Below, piece by piece: positions 50,919 through 64,000 of a stretch of 64,000 nt of DNA. The stretch spans positions 12,340,001-12,404,000 of the forward strand of contig NC_087250.1 of the NCBI RefSeq assembly GCF_037042905.1. The letters run 5' to 3'. Below the pieces are notes generated by a model. The model saw only the letters and a list, made by a program, of their open reading frames with translations. It did no database searches and was not told the origin of the DNA. How positions within the stretch are numbered: position 1 is the stretch's first letter; each line of letters starts with the position of its first letter. The DNA comes from Lytechinus pictus. Lineage: Eukaryota. A program made the position numbers and the translations under genes.

Positions 50919-51519
50919 AGGCATTCCAGACACTATAGACAAGGACATTACTATGCAGACCCCTTAATTGTTGTTTTAATTAGTTACAAGCATTCATCCT
51001 ATAAAAAATAATAACAATGCACTAAATCTCAATATTGGGTCCCCCACCCCCTCCCCCTGCCCCATGCAGGTCTCTGAGTCTAGGATATGACTTTGAAATT
51101 TAAGACGACTGCGATCGAGTATATTCCTTTCTCCAATTACGTTACTAAAAATGTAGGGCCGTAACAACAAATTTATGGGCATGGTACGACCTGAAAATGA
51201 TAATAGGATCGATTTCAAATCGATAAACTTTAGCAAAGTGAAATGATGACCTTAAATGCATATATCTAGTTTTTAAGGTAAGCTATAACGTTTGGCAATA
51301 AAGGTGGAAACCAGGGCAATGCCACGGGGGAGCTGGAGTGGCAGAGTCGACATCCCCCATTTTTTATATCGAGGGGCGGTGGCAGAGGAAAGGGGGGGGG
51401 GAGATGAAGGAGAAGAAAAACAAAATCGAAATAAGAGCCTGACAAAAATGGCATGGGTCATTTAACGCTAAAGTACATCTATTATTCATTTCATAAAAAT
51501 AGGCCTTCACCAGGTTTAA

Positions 51520-51775
51520 GGGACGCACCATTAGATACCCAGGGGGGGTGGCTGGAAGTTTGGGTGATACAATTTTTCTTTCTTTTCTTCTTTGAGTAAA
51601 GTTTTTTTTTTAGTCCATTGAGAATTTGTTTGGCCCTTTTCAGATGATTTGTCAGTGGACCATTTTGTTTTGTTTACTCTGATGGTGAGTCAATTTTTTT
51701 CTGCTCATAATAGCAAGTCAATTTTTTGAAAAACTTCCAGCCCCTCCCCCACCTGGATATATAATGGTGCGTCCC
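51520..51775. mobile_element. Small TTAA-type MITE
   Basis: ttaa-gggacgcaccatta ... taatggtgcgtccc-taaa, with subterminal ggctggaagt / acttccagcc. Confidence 0.75.
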
Positions 51776-51894
51776 TAAAGGGGTACTCCAGGCTGAAAAT
51801 AATATATAACAGACACGTAAGACCAGAAAAACAAAACACTGCAAACTTGATCAAATCGGGCACAGAATATGCCTTTGTGAAGTTACAACACTAT

Positions 51895-52450
51895 ATAAAG
51901 GATAAGTCCACCCCAACAAATTGCTGATTTGAATAAAAAGAGAAATATCCAACAAGCATAACACTAAAAATTTCATCAAAATCGGATGTAAAATAAGAAA
52001 GTTATTACATTTTAAAGTTTCGCTCAATTTCACAAAACAGTTTATATGCACATCCTGTTTGGTATGCAAATGAGGAGACTGATGACGTTATCCACTCACT
52101 ATTTCTTTTGTATTTTATTATAGGAAATATTAAATATTTAATTTTCTCCTCATTGTTAAGGGAAACATCGATTAATTTCTCCCTGAACATGTGGAATTAG
52201 CATTGTTTAATACTATATGGTTCAGTCAAGTTGGTCCTTATTGTCAAATGTGTAAAAAATGAAATATTGTATAATTCAAACAATAAAAAACAAAAGAAAT
52301 AGTGAGTGATGGACATCATCAACTGATTCGTTTGAGTTGTACATATCACTGTTTTGTGAAAATAAGCGAAACTTCAAAATGCCATAACTTTTTTTATTTT
52401 ACATCCGATTTTAATGAAATTTTCAGTGTTATGTTTGTTTAAATTTTCCT
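51895..52450. mobile_element. ~600-bp Kolobok-like MITE (truncated, opposite orientation)
   Basis: aaaggataagtccacccc start and family-specific internal sequence. Confidence 0.75.
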
Positions 52451-53485
52451 TATGGGGGAGCAAGAGCAAAACAATTGCAAAACAATTGGTATGAACAGGC
52501 AATGACGTCACAAAGCAACAAATTTGAGAGGGCGATCTGGTGTATCGGGCAAAATAAAAATTTAAAAAGATGCGAGCGAGTTAAAAAAAAATATGATATT
52601 TTCATTTTAAAATTCCAATTTTGTGATAGATTTTGACATAATGTTTAAAGCATAATATCATATTTTACTAATCTCTCTCTCCCTTTCTCTTTTTTTTCTT
52701 GGTCTGTACGCCACGCTGAACAGGATTTTTTTTATGATTGTGCATGCGCGAGCATCAGGGCGAAGCTCTATACTCGAAGGGGGCCAGTATGGCGCGTGTG
52801 GCAAGAGGTAGCTCCCGAGTAAGCGAAGCGAGCGAGATAAAATAAATCACCTTTTCGTGAGAATATAACTTTAAGATAGATTTTTACGTGATATTCAGAA
52901 AAATATAATAGGGCCTACACTTTTTCTTTGCTTTGCTTTCTTTCCTCCTTTCTTTTTTGTTTGGTTGAAGAACTTTTTTGGGCCATGGTTCAAATTTTTC
53001 CATACAACAGTGCTATGTGGGTGGGGTCCGGGGCGGAGCCCCCGGAACCTCATGATACTATAAAGTCATTTTAAACCTTACCGATGGCCACTATTTTAAA
53101 AATCAAATTGCGTCTATATTATATAGCTTTCACAGTGACACAACACATAAATTAATTGCAGTTGCGTAATATTTTATCCAAATATTTTGAGGGGGCACAC
53201 CATACTAAATGGGAGAAAATTTGTAAAAAGTTCCCAGCGAGCGAAGCGAGCCAGAATGAAAAATGGACCTTTGAAATGAAATTCTAATTATGTGATAGAT
53301 TTTTACATGATAGCAAACAACATGTCATATATTGTTTCCATTCATCTAATTTCGCTGCCTCGTTGATTTTCGTTAATTTCCCCTTGGCTGTGGAACCACC
53401 CCCCCCCCCGTACGCCAGTGCTTCAACGCAAAGCTTATAATGCAGGAAGGGTCCATACAGGGGCCCGTTATATAGAGCCCTTTAA

Positions 53486-54417
53486 GGACGTTCCACAGAA
53501 CATATTTGTGCGCATTATGATCTGCGCATAGTTTACACTCTGCGCGCTGACGTCACAATGGATGAACAGGTGATAGCTGCGGGTATGAGCTGATTTTTCT
53601 CATCTTCTGCACTTTAACTGCAGATCCGATGCGTTATTTCATGAAGCTAAAAAATTGAATTATTCCATGGACCATTCAAAAATATATTCTCTACAATTTC
53701 AAAATACTTTACTCTGCAGTGCTGCCAAGAATCACGAATATTACCCCGAGTTTGAATAAATGGTAGAGTGGTTTTGATTTTTTCTTCACATAGATACTAA
53801 GCATTTGGCCCATTTTTTGTGTTTTAGAAAGCACATTTGCTCTAATAAAAATGCTGATAGTTTAAAAACAAGCACATGAACCCCTATTTTTTAATGTTTG
53901 CACCTCTTAGGTATACCTTCCTCTACAACTCTGCAAATTTTGGTGAAAATGACATGGATTTTGAATAAAGTGCAGCATTTATCGTACGTTTGTAGTTTGT
54001 TACTGAAATTTTACATTTTTTAGATTGGGATTTTGTTATCTTTTACGCCATTTTTAAGAACTGACAGTGCTGTTAAACTTAAAATTGCAAACAAATAGCA
54101 CTATTAATAGATTCTCCATTCTAACGATACAATTATCAACTCTCTTGCGAAATTTGATGACTTTTTCATGTATTTTGACTGAGTAATAGAGGTTTAAACT
54201 CATTGTAGTAATCTTGGGCGGTCTAAAAATGCCAAATTCTTTTGAATGCGCAATTCTTAAGAACATCAATTTGGGTGAACTTTGAAGCTCTATAGCAAAA
54301 AATCAAGCACATGGACCTATGTTAATTTTTGCATATTTCGAATATTAAGGTTCTAAAGTATCTATGTGCAAAGTTTGGTGAAAATGACATGGATTTCACT
54401 TTAACTGTGGAACGTCC
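53486..54417. mobile_element. Non-autonomous DNA transposon with TTAA TSD (Kolobok-like)
   Basis: ttaa-ggacgttccacag ... ctgtggaacgtcc-ttaa; internal direct repeat tttggtgaaaatgacatggattt. Confidence 0.8.
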
Positions 54418-54752
54418 TTAAATGTTACAGATGAAGAGCCCCTACTGCACGGGGTCTTGGGCAGAGCCCCCGGTAGCTTTGGAGATTTAGCAAGCTTATA
54501 TAGAATTTCGTACATTATGCTATTATGCCATCCATCTTTTAGATGTATTGCTGTACACATGCATGACCAAATTATTTGGTACCCCCTAAACGAGTTTTTC
54601 TCTGTGTGCAAAATAATCCCCTTATCAATTTTTTTCGCGCGCTTCAGTCATATTGGCCCCTAAACAAGTTTTGTCTCGGGCCCGAACACTTTTCAGAAAC
54701 GAGGAGGAGAAAGCACCTTTTATTTGAAAATCGGTGTTTTTGATACCCTTGA

Positions 54753-55166
54753 AAGGCCACCGCACACCTTACGACTGGTCTGCGACCCGATTTCAGAATA
54801 AAATGTAATAGAATTTGATGCTAGTATTGAGACTTGGAATATCTTACTGTGTAATGTTCGAAATCATCGTATACCTATGATCAAATTTGTGACTATGCTA
54901 TCATCCTTCTTAGAATAAAAGCGAATTTAATATATAGTCGTTATGACGTCATAGGAGTCTTACGATTGGGTACGATTTGAAACTAATTTGGACTTTACTC
55001 CAAAATAAGGGCATGCAATCTTTCAAAATTGTTATAATATTATTATTTCAATTAATTTTAACCTCAAATAAAATGATATGTTCCATTCACATCTTCAGAA
55101 AATGAGCAAAATGCGATTTGTTCCAAAATCGGGTCGCGGACCAGTCGTAAGGTGTGCGGTCGCCTT
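54753..55166. mobile_element. MITE; partial relative at ~23473-23850
   Basis: About 39-bp TIRs aaggccaccgcacaccttacgactggtctgcgacccgattt / aaatcgggtcgcggaccagtcgtaaggtgtgcggtcgcctt. Confidence 0.8.
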
Positions 55167-55309
55167 AACGAGTGCACTCGCGGCCCGCGTCCAAAACTGA
55201 AAAAAAAAACCAACACCCCTTTAATAGCGTTTTTTGGTCATTTTTTACAGCAATATTTTTGACTGCCCCGGGGTTTTCCCTTTTTATGTGTTTCTTATAG
55301 TTTTCTGTT

Positions 55310-55600
55310 CCCTTTCATTTCCCTTTCCTCCCCCCCGGCCCCCCCCCTTTCCTCCTTTTCTTCCTTTTCTTTCCCTTTCCATTTCTTTCTTTCTTTTTTT
55401 CTTTCTTTCTTTCTTTCCTTCCTTCCTGTCTTCTTCCTTTCTTTTTTCCTTCCTTCGGCATTCCTTTCTTTCGTTCTTTCTTTTTTCCTTCCTTCGACAT
55501 TCCTTTCTTTCGTTCTTTCTTTTTTCCTTCCTTCCTTCCTTCCCAAGTTCCTCCTTCCTTTCTTTCTTTCTTTCTTTTGTTCTCTCTCCCTTTTTTCTTT
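55310..55600. repeat. Polypyrimidine (CTTT/CCTT)n low-complexity tract
   Basis: Pyrimidine-rich tetranucleotide repeats. Confidence 0.9.
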
Positions 55601-55833
55601 TTATTATAATTTTCCCGGTGAAATCCGCCAGGGGGGCGGGGGAGCTTGCCCCATTCTGCCCCCCGCCTGTTACGCCACTGCCTATAGCCTACTATGGGGG
55701 TACTATGATCTTACTGAGATCATAATCTTTTTCACTGCATGCACCGAAATAATGCTCACTTTAAAATGTCACAACCTTGTTATCCTTTTAGTATTTTGAT
55801 AATTTTTTAATTGTTTTGTAGGTCTGATTTTAC

Positions 55834-56454
55834 TTAAAGGACAATTATAAGTCCACCCAAGCAAAAAATTGATAAAATTAAAAGAGAAAAATCCAACGAG
55901 CATAACACTGAAAAATTCATCAAAATCGGGAATAAGAAAGTTTTGACATTTAAGTTTTGCTTAATTTCATATAACAGTTATATTCACATCCTGGTCGGTA
56001 CGCAAATGAGGGGACTGATATGACATCACTCACCTATTATTTATTTTGTATTTTATTATTCATAATAATATGAAATATTCCAGTTTTCTTCCCGTTGTAG
56101 CCTACTATATAGTTTTATTCCTCCTTGAACATGTAGAATTACCATTGTTTTAACATTTTATGGTTCAGTCAAGTTGGGCCTTGTTTTAAGATCTGTAAAA
56201 ATTGAAATATTATATAATTCAAACAATGAAAAACAAAAGAAATAGTGAGGGACATCATCGACTCATTATTTTGCTCGTCACTGAGTTGTACTGCATACAT
56301 GGCATAGGGCCTAACTGTGATAAATAAGCGAAACTTTAAATTGTCGTAACTTTCTTATTTTACATCCGCTTGTGATAAAATTATTAGCGTTATGCTTGTT
56401 TGATTTTTCTCTTTTGATTGCAATCAACATTTTCTGGGGTGGACTTGACCTTTA
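55834..56454. mobile_element. ~600-bp Kolobok-like MITE about 300 bp upstream of WDR76
   Basis: ttaaaggac...aagtccaccc ... ggggtggacttgacctttaa. Confidence 0.8.
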
Positions 56455-56758
56455 AGACCTTTAATCTGTTCAAATCAATATTTTTATGCAGCACTACGTA
56501 TTCGTCTTCTGAAACACCCCTTCCCTCCCCGGGGACGAGGTTGCAGCAAGCCGATGTTTCGTAATCAAAGCGCGCGCAATTTATGTAAACATGACTTTTC
56601 ACGTGCATAAACACGACATACCGTATATACTGTGCATGTGCTGTGTGACATCAATTGATAAATTCGTGGATCTGTCTGTGACTGTGTACATGCTCTCGAC
56701 TGTTCATCAGAACCTGCTATAAATGATCGCAACTAAAACATTTTATAAATCAGCTAAT

Positions 56759-59700
56759 ATGGCCCCTGTAACTCGCACTCGAAATCCAAGACCAAAGCGA
56801 GAAGGAGGTTCTGAACTTGAAGCAGCCGAATCAACATTGGCTTCGAAGAGAGCAAAGCGGGTAAGTCATGCAGGCTCTTGTTGATTTCATCGATGGTCGC
56901 CGCCGAGGGATGCCGGGATCTCGCCGGACTTTGACTTGTAATGAACCGAACCGTAGCCTGGCCAGAGACGAAGCTGTCACTGTCACTGTATTCAGCTTCA
57001 TATTTTAGTGTGTTAGTTAATTCTTACATCTAATTCTAGAATTATGATATTAAATTCAAATGTATAAAATGATATTAGGAACCTGTCAGCTGTCTTATTT
57101 GTTTTAATAATTTAATTTCTTTAATAAAAATAAATAGATTGACATAGGCCTAGTTAGGCACTTAGTTAGCAGTAGAGGCGCACGGCCAATATTGGAGACT
57201 GTCTCCAATGTGGGAGATTATCTCCAATATCAGAGACTTTTGTAAAGAATTTGGGTATCCAATTTCAGAGACAGTCTCCAGTTTTGGAGACCAATTTCCT
57301 TTGTTTACATTTGCTGCAAAAGGATTACCTTGGCGGCAAATAAAAATGTGATAAGGAGATTCCTCATGAAAAATTACCCCTTTTCACCGTCTACTTTAAA
57401 CATTCACCGTCTACTTTTGTTTTGATAAGGATTTTTGTTGTCAATCACACACAAAACAAATGGACTTCTGACCTCAGTGAGACAAACTTTTGGGTGGAAA
57501 AAATAATGCTTTTGTTGGTGTTTCTTTTGTCCTTTTGCAAAGCAAGTCTCCAATGTGGGAGATTGCCTCCCCTATTGGAGAGAGTCTCCTATATTAGCCG
57601 TGCGCCTCTACTGGTTAGGGTCTAACTTGTTAGGCCTATATAAGTTACTAAAACTCTAACCCTAACGTCTGACATTTGGGCGAGGCAGTATAAGTTTCAG
57701 GGAAATTTAATCTAAGTTAATTAAAGTTGAATGTTACTTTATGTTAGCTGGCTTTGTTTGATTTTAAAATTTTTATTGGGTCAGCCTTAAAAAAAGGTAG
57801 GCCTAGTATTTTGAATGCAAAGTCAGTACTATTAATTACAAACAATAACTTATTAATCTAAGTTAATTAAAGTTGAATGTTACTTATGTTAGCTGGCTTT
57901 GTTTGATTTTAAAAATTTTATTGGGTCAGCCTTAAAAAAGGTAGTCTTTGGAATACAAATTAAGTTAGTATTAATTACAAACAATAACTTATTAAGACAG
58001 AGAAATGAAGAAGAGGAAGTCTGGAAAACAGAAAATATAACGATGGCATGCAGCCTGCAGGACTTCCTCGATGTAGCCTTCGAGTGCTTAAAGGTCAAGT
58101 CCACCTCAGAAAAATGTTGATTTTAATCAATAGAGAAAAATCAGACAAGCATAATGCTGAAAATTTCATCAAAATCGGATGTAAAATAAGAAAGTCATGA
58201 TATTTTAAAGTTTCGCTTATTTTTCACAAAATAGCTATATATGCACAATTTAGTCACATGCAAATGAGATAATCGATGATGTCCCTCACTCTCTATTTCT
58301 TTTGTTTTTTATTGTTTGAATCATACAATATTTCAATTTTTACAGATTTGACAATAAAGACCAACTTGACTGAAAAAAAAAAAGTTAAACAATGGTAATT
58401 CCACATGTTCAGTGCGAAATAAAACTTTGTTTCACAGGACAATGAGGAAAAAATTAGAATATATCATATTTCATATAATAAAATACAAAAGAAATAGTGA
58501 GTGTGTGATGTCATCAGTTCCCTCATTTGCATACCGACCAGGATGTGAATATAACTATTTTGTGAAATTAAGCGAAACTTAAAATTGTCATAACTTTCTT
58601 ATTTTCCATCCGATTTAAATGAAATTTTCAGTATTCTGCTTGTTGGATTTTTCTCTTTTTATTCAAATCCACTTATGGTTGGGGTGGACTTGTCCTTTAA
58701 TTAATAAAATAACCTTGGCCAAAAAAAAGTGCCAGAATATCCCCATTCATTACTATGTTGAAGCTTTTCTAATACTGCAGATTTATCAATTAGGTTGTGA
58801 AAATTGGTCCACCGAACCTATTTTTTTCATCTTTCTATTTTTTTTTTTTTTTTCAGACTTCTGTTAGTTTGAAAGCAGAGATGCCAGATGCCGACTTGTC
58901 GCCCGCCGTCAGACGCTCACCAAGAGTTATGAAAAAGGACGCAAAGGTGTCGCTGACCAGGACAAACATCTTGAAGGAAAATGTTCAGAGAGGGAAGGAA
59001 AAGGTGAAAAAGGAAATCAAAGAGGAGGAGGATGAAGAAGAGGAGAATGCGGATATCAGACCTCTAAAAGAAGAATCAGATGTAGAAATGGTAATAATGA
59101 TATTTCATTTACTTAGGGTAGCCACTATAGTTGGGAATGATAATAATAACTCTTATTTACCCAGTATTACCACTATTACCATTTCAGCTGCAAGCCGTTT
59201 TTACCGCTGGTAGAGAAGAGAAACTCTACCGTACCATGACATAAGATGTTATTACTATCCTTCTCTAATCTTAAGTGCTGAGCACCTAGCGAAGGTGAAG
59301 GTCCCATTTTTATACATGTTAGTCTTTGTCAGGGGCGGATCCAGGATTTTCCAAAAGGGGGCGGGCTACATGTAAGTTCGAATTCGGAGTCCAAAGGTCA
59401 CAGCTCATATATGCGAGTTGGTTCAAAGGTCTAAATTCATTGTTTTGGTTTCTGCACGATATTAAGTTCAATCATATCGAATGAATTTCTGATCGCGTTA
59501 AGCGGGGGCATCTGTGTCCTTTGGACATGTCAAATTTCTAGTTTTTTCAGTGTTTTGTTCTGTTGCATCATTATTAGTTTTTGTCTTCTATCTATCTCTG
59601 TAGGGAAGTCACTGTAGAAATAGAATTATCATTATTTAATTAGATACAGAGCATAGTTGAAATCTGTTCAAATTATTTAACTTTTATCTTCATATTTCTT

Positions 59701-62323
59701 CAATATTTCATTAATACAGAGTGATGGGGAGGAGACCCACCCGGGTTTATCAGAATATGAGCAGAGGAGGATGGAGAACATCTCCAAGAATGCTGAGTTC
59801 TTCGCTTCTCTTGATATCTTCAAGGTCAGTTTCTTCAGGACCATTCACATCGCTCCGTGCTGACCTTGCGGGCGAGTTGTGGTCAATCACCCCCAACTCA
59901 CTCGTAACATGGTTTTGAGCATGTTCAAAACTTTTCTGGGGGCAATCAAACAAGTTTGCGTGCGCTCCTGTGGGTAACTGTCACGTGCAAGACTTGCACG
60001 GAACAATGTGACAAGGCCTTATAAATTACAAATCTTATTGCATATTATCATCTGTTTTCGTTGGGAAGTTGACACCATTCGGACACAAATCATAAAATGG
60101 AATGAGATTTATATATTCTAGGTCAGGTTCGTTAGGGTCTGAGGCCAATAAAAACTATTTTCAGAGTAAGAAATGATGGTGATAATAATACTGATAAAAT
60201 GATGATGAATAATTATAATAAGGCATTCATGATACCAAAGACTATACTTGTAGCTTGAGAAGGCTGTATCAAGTTTCATTAGTTTTGCCTACATTTATAG
60301 TGGAGATGATCTGAGCTGTCAGGGGCCTGTACAGAAAAAATTGTAATTAAACACAACTACAAAATGAAACAACTTTACTTCCAACCAACCTGTTGCATGT
60401 AATTGGGACTTGCTTTTGGTTTGTTGCATTGTGTAGCTATTTCTGCCAATGATCCAGAAAGGTTTACATAATATACATTGAACAGTTGACCCTTTGACCT
60501 TCATTGCTCCATTAATTGCTCTTTTATTACTCTTCAAGCCCACAAACCCGAGCAATAGACCCCTAACATAACTTACATTGGATGACATTTTACCTTTAAT
60601 GATCTTTTGACCCTTTGATCGTTGAGGCCTTAAGTGGAATGTTGTTGCCCTCACTCCTTCCACAAACCCATGAAATAGACCAGGGTCCTGTAACACAAAA
60701 GTTAGCGATTGATTGCTAATTAAAAAAAAACAATTCTGATTGGTTCATAGTCGGTCTACTTAGCAAAATATGCTTGCAACGATGATCTTGATCGGTCATT
60801 TCATTAAGTGATTAATCGCTAAACCTATGTCTTATGGCGCCCAGTACTGGCTGCACAGAAATGTTAGCAAACAAGGCTCTCTGTTACTACCAGTAATGTT
60901 GCAGCAATGCCTAATGTCACAACAGCATGTTATTTACGTTTTGGATCAATGTATGTCATCACCATCCGAAAGATGTGATCAGGGGCCCGTTTCGTAAAGA
61001 GCTACAACTGTTTTAACTTTGCCATAATGGCAACTACCATGGTAACCTTGAGTTTGATTGGCTGCTGAGCCCTGTTGCCATGGTAGTTGCCATTATGGCA
61101 AAGTTACAACAGTTGTCACTCTTCATGAAACGGGCCCCAGGCCGACTGTTAGTGTTCTGTTAGCGCTTACAACATTTCTGAGCGGCCGGTACAGGTTCAC
61201 GCAATGTGTGGAATACTTGACCTTTAATGATCTGTTGACCCTTTGACCTTTTATTTTGTAGGCCAAGGAGAATCTTATTGCTCTCAGTCCTCAAGCCCAG
61301 AAACCCAAGACACAGACCAGAGGACTAAAGAGGTATGTATAGTAATATTTTTTATGACCTACCACCCCAAACCAATGCTTAGTCACCCCATTGTGACACT
61401 TATTTAATTTTAAAAAGCACATCCCGACCTTCAAAATGATATAAAACTTGTCAAAATTGATCACCAATAACCCACCCAAGTATACTTGGTTGAAAGTAGA
61501 AGAAATTTAGAGAGCCCTTCAAAGAATTAGGAGGAAACAAGGTTTGAAGTTTTGGGGTTCACTCAAGCATGAGATGTGCATACTGTACAGTCTCAGTGAA
61601 ACTTCCAAGCTTTTTAATCAGAACTTTGTTTTAGATGGTGTATTTACTGCTGCACCAAGATCATGGGTGGGTGCAAGAACATTTTCTTAACCCTGACTGC
61701 TGAATTCTGTAGTTCCCATGTATACTTTCTATAGGGTCCTTTTGGTTCCAGTAGGCAACTGGTTAAGTCCTCACATCAATCAGGTTTACATTTTCATTGA
61801 CTTAAATTCCATGTTTTCCCAAATTAATCCTTTTTTGTGTTAAAAAAAAACAAATTTCTATGGATTCTGATGAGTTGGAGAGTCACAGGTACCTTCTGGA
61901 AAAGAAATATAGCCCAATTATATATCTATGAAACCAACAACTTTGCATGATGTTCTAAGTACTGATAATTTAGAATGAAGATTTGCTCATGATTTACTCT
62001 CGTTCTGATTGCTGTTTATTTGGTTATTTTCTTTAATTCAGTCAGCGACAGTCCCATTCCCCTATTGTCCGAAGAGCGCCCTCGCTCCGTCTGCAGAAGA
62101 AGAGCCCGGAAGGAACGGCATTACCAGAGGGTTTCAAGGAACCACCTCTTCAAAGTTATTACACACAGCAGACCAGAGAACGCGTAGGTTTTTTTCATTT
62201 TATATTTTTTATGTTATGCCAATAATTGGGCTAAAATAAGACCACATGTCCCTGTATCCCCCTCAGTGGCGTACCTAGGATTTTCCACAGGGGGGGCAAA
62301 ATCGGTCGCCAAAAAATTTGACA

Positions 62324-62362
<39 letters not shown>

Positions 62363-63494
62363 TCCTCAAGAAACTCGTCAGGGGGGGCAGGTATATGTCT
62401 TTTGTATGGGTTGTGACTCGTCAGGGGGGGCAGAGTGCCCCCCCTGCCCCCCCCCCCCCGTAGGTACGCTAGTGATCCCCCTTAACCCATGCACACACTA
62501 ATTCTATTTGAATACTCATCCTAGTATTGGTCAATACAGGAGAGATTGCGCTCTGACCCTATCAAAAATGGAGGCCATGAATTTCAAGCAAGATCTTTTG
62601 AAAAGAAGGGGGTATAGTATTTGTGAGAGAGTAGGAGCATACAGTGGTGCCTAATTTGGGCTGTAAAAGGAACACATTCCCCTGCCATGAATACGCCAAT
62701 TCTATTTGAATACTCATTCCTTATTGGTCGATACAGGAGAGATTGCCCTCTGACCCGATCAGAAATGGGAGCCACGAATCTCAAGCAAGATCTTTTAAAA
62801 AGAAGGAGGTACTTTAGTGGGGGTATGATGCCAATAATTGGTGCAAAAATAGGAGCACATGCCCCCTGTATCCCTCTTAATCCATGCATACTCTAATTCT
62901 ATTTGAATACTCGATCTTAGTATTGGTTGATACAGGAGAGATTGCTCTCTGACCCGATCAAAAATAAAAATGGAGGCAACGAATCTCAAGCAAGATCTTT
63001 TGAAAAGGAGATTCTTTGGTGGGGGTTATGATGTCAATAATTGGTGCAATAATAGGAGCACATGCCCCCTGTATCCCTCTTAATCTGCACACACCCCAAT
63101 TCTATTTGAATACTCTATCTAAATTGTTTGATACAGGAGAGTTTACCCCCGACCCGATCCAAAAATGGAGGCCACAAATCTCAAGCAAGATGTTTTGAAA
63201 AGAAGGGGGTATATTATTTGTGAGAGAATAGGAGAATATGGCCAAATTTGGGGCTATAAAAAGAGCACCTGCCCCCTGTATCCCCCTTAATCAATGAATA
63301 CTCCAATTCTATTTGATGCTCAATCCTGATTGTTCGATACAGGAGAGGTTGCCCTCTGACCCAATCAAGATGGATGCCACGAACGTCAAGAAAGAGGACA
63401 AGTCGGATGCTGGGGCCGACTTTGTGAAGGGGCTTGCTGCCCTCGCAAAGGGGAAAAAGACAAGCATCAAGGCTGATGACAGGGATATTGACAA
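56759..63494 (+). CDS. WDR76: WD repeat-containing protein 76 (CMR1 homolog), N-terminal six exons; gene continues beyond the window
   Basis: Exons 56759-56860, 58857-59090, 59720-59824, 61262-61332, 62042-62183, 63343-63494 with consistent phases. GLSEYEQRRMENISKNAEFFASL followed by RRAPSLRLQKKSPEGTALP resembles the WDR76/CMR1 N-terminal motifs. The WD40 repeats are not reached within the window. Confidence 0.8.
57170..57613. mobile_element. MITE with ~38-bp TIRs and apparent 5-bp TSD
   Basis: gttag-cagtagaggcgcacggccaatattggagac ... gtctcctatattagccgtgcgcctctactg-gttag. Confidence 0.75.
57708..57995. repeat. Local tandem duplication, 2 x ~145 bp
   Basis: taatctaagttaattaaagttgaatgttactt... 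occurs at ~57708 and ~57854. Confidence 0.9.
58088..58700. mobile_element. ~600-bp Kolobok-like MITE, best-preserved copy
   Basis: ttaaaggtcaagtccacc ... ggggtggacttgtcctttaa. Confidence 0.85.
62214..63395 (+). repeat. Tandem array of five ~200-bp units, each carrying the WDR76 exon-6 acceptor and exon start
   Basis: atacag|gagag.tt.c....gaccc.atc at 62540, 62737, 62936, 63137 and the true exon at 63343. Confidence 0.9.
62264..62474. mobile_element. hAT-like MITE with 8-bp TSD (same family as 50534-50714)
   Basis: cagtggcgtacctag...taggtacgctagtg flanked by atccccct on both sides. Confidence 0.9.
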
Positions 63495-64000
63495 GTAAGC
63501 TCTTATTTCTCTTTAACATTAAAGCCCACGGGCTGTATTCTGAGGTCATTTTATCTTTGAAATATTTTATTATATCTCTTGAAATGAAATTGGTATTCTG
63601 AGATGACATTTTATCTCTATATTTTATTTTATATAAATAAATGAATAAAAAAAAGGAAATCTCTTTGAAGAAGTGATAGCGAATATTGCAAGTGTATTTG
63701 AAGGAAAAGTTGACGCAATCTTACTCCTTTGCCACACCTCTTGGCGGAATGGATTTCTTTTGGTTGAGTGAGATGAGAGAGTTGTTAAAGCGCGTTTCTC
63801 ATTGGATATTGCTTAAAAAGTAGGTGTGTCTTACAGAGATAAAATGAAGATAACATTGTTCTCAGATACCAATTCGGAGAGATTTTTAAGGTATTTTCTC
63901 TCGCTGATTATTTTCGGAGATAAAATGGATCTCAGAATACCACACCAGCACACTCTATGCGATCAAATGAGACATATTTGTAATGAATTGCATTTTGCTT

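Noticed and set aside
55234..55725. 163-aa Phe/Ser-rich ORF and Lys/Glu-rich antisense ORFs
   Set aside because: Low-complexity CTTT tract within repeat sequence.
62584..63198. Several 60-100-aa ORFs in the WDR76 intron
   Set aside because: They arise from the ~200-bp tandem units and have no independent gene structure.

Overview
AT-rich, intron-rich animal genomic DNA. The repeat landscape suggests an echinoderm such as a sea urchin (inference). Four spliced protein-coding genes can be rebuilt with consistent splice phases. (1) A minus-strand stand-alone YWTD (LDL-receptor class B) beta-propeller gene at ~11908-519 that needs one GC-AG intron. (2) A complete 11-exon DNAJC25 (+, 18847-31778, 331 aa). 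(3) A complete 7-exon di-N-acetylchitobiase-like GH18 gene (CTBS-like; -, 50218-42412, 374 aa). (4) The first six exons of WDR76/CMR1 (+, from 56759, running off the window). The rest is LINE fragments, tRNA-derived SINEs, many non-autonomous DNA transposons, minisatellites and microsatellites. The most notable observations are: a P-element-like element with 31-bp TIRs that contains a 259-bp spacerless palindrome, plus several P-type excision footprints; two minimal hammerhead-ribozyme-like motifs, one inside a Penelope-like remnant; a tandem array of duplicated splice-acceptor/exon starts in WDR76 that would give in-frame 72-nt cassettes; and DNAJC25-CTBS adjacency that mirrors the vertebrate DNAJC25-GNG10 and CTBS-GNG5 pairs. 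All coordinates were read by eye and no database searches were run.
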